From Octopus sinensis (Eukaryota), in NCBI RefSeq assembly GCF_006345805.1, contig NC_043000.1, positions 147,560,001-147,624,000 on the forward strand: a stretch of DNA of 64,000 nt, written 5' to 3'. Below are positions 63,028 to 64,000 of the stretch, one piece after another. The number at the start of each line of letters is the position of its first letter. The first letter of the stretch is position 1. Made by a program: the position numbers and the translations under genes. The notes beneath the pieces are model-generated. The model saw nothing but the letters and a program-made list of their open reading frames with translations, was not told where the DNA came from and made no database searches.

Positions 63028-63260
63028 GCGCAGGACATTGGCAAATTTTTTCTTATCTGCTTCCCCTCTGGCTAAATACACCTGCCTCCTAGCTTCCCTT
63101 CTGGCAGTCTGATACACTTCCCTGCTACCACCGTTCTTCCAGTCCTTCCAAGCCTGTTTCTTTTGTCTAATAACCCTGATGCAGCCTTCCGGCTTCACAG
63201 ACCCCAGTTGAACCATCCAACCCATGCTAGCATGGAGACCGGACGCTAAATGATGATGAT
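63028..63260. mobile_element. Bipartite RTE insertion: inverted ORF piece fused to the 3' tail
   Basis: 63028-63176 on the minus strand encodes RVIRQKKQAWKDWKNGGSREVYQTARREARRQVYLARGEADKKKFANVLR. 63175-63260 on the plus strand is the family C terminus with (gat)n. Confidence 0.75.
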
Positions 63261-64000
63261 TGGCTTGAATTGGGTGGTTTTTAAAAGTTCATGATACTTG
63301 TATGAGTGGTTGGATTATTTTCTACCAGACTAACTCCTTAAGCTCTACTGTCATCAAAGTGTTTGAGTTAGACAGTAATTAAACATCTTAGGTAACTATG
63401 TGCCATATGTCATCAAAATTATTGAAACACAGTTTCTGATAATATTTCATGAGTGAAATAGAAAATGGATATTCACAGGGGAAATAGTGTTTCCTTTGTG
63501 GTTAGTGATAGCCACATAATCAGATTAGAGATTCAACTGTCAAGACAGTTTTAAAGTTGACCTGTTAATAGAATATGTGTCAAGAGAAATAGCTATTGAA
63601 TTAAAAAAATAAGGCCTTTATAGATTTTCTTCATATAAATATTTTTTTGATTGATATTACATTTTGATGTCAGATGTCAAATATTGAATTCTCTGTACAA
63701 GTTTATATTGGAAAAAAGATCCAGTAAGGGATCCTACAAGAAATAACAACAAAATCTCCTTCAAAATCACACCCTACTTACTGTCTTGAGTAAAGGAAAG
63801 AATACATTGGACTATGCAGTACTACATACTCCTAAAAAACAGAATAGCCATTGATAACTGGAATGCATTTGGTGATTGGGCTTTTCAATCATTTTAAATT
63901 GGCCAAACACAACAATGTAGAAAAGCATAAACCAAAATATTATTGACATTTTCTTAGCATCATGTGAATGAGTGAAACAGATTGCTTGTTAGAGTAATGA

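Overview
AT-rich, repeat-dense eukaryotic DNA. The SINE and RTE families present suggest an octopod cephalopod (inference from recalled repeat families). The only host coding sequence I can support is two + strand exons of a PIAS / Su(var)2-10 family SUMO E3 ligase: the SAP-domain exon (30071-30231) and the next exon (60386-60492). They join in frame across a 30,154-nt GT-AG intron to rebuild the conserved ELYRRRFP motif. The short start exon was not found, so the whole window is probably intronic to this gene. Almost all ORFs in the supplied track are spurious translations of repeats. The rest is layered transposon debris: an old CR1-type LINE, many RTE LINE fragments and tails, four tRNA-type SINE families (several with clean TSDs), two decayed Chapaev3-like DNA transposons, hAT, TTAA and Tc1-like MITEs, non-autonomous Helitrons and microsatellites. 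The more unusual items are a solitary ~370-nt 28S rRNA fragment, a near-perfect 78-bp fold-back, an inverted RTE insertion, a hierarchical tandem array in an RTE 3' UTR, a probable locally templated duplication, and inverted repeats bracketing the SAP exon. I found no convincing evidence of a new multi-gene system, and the findings below are hypotheses to test.
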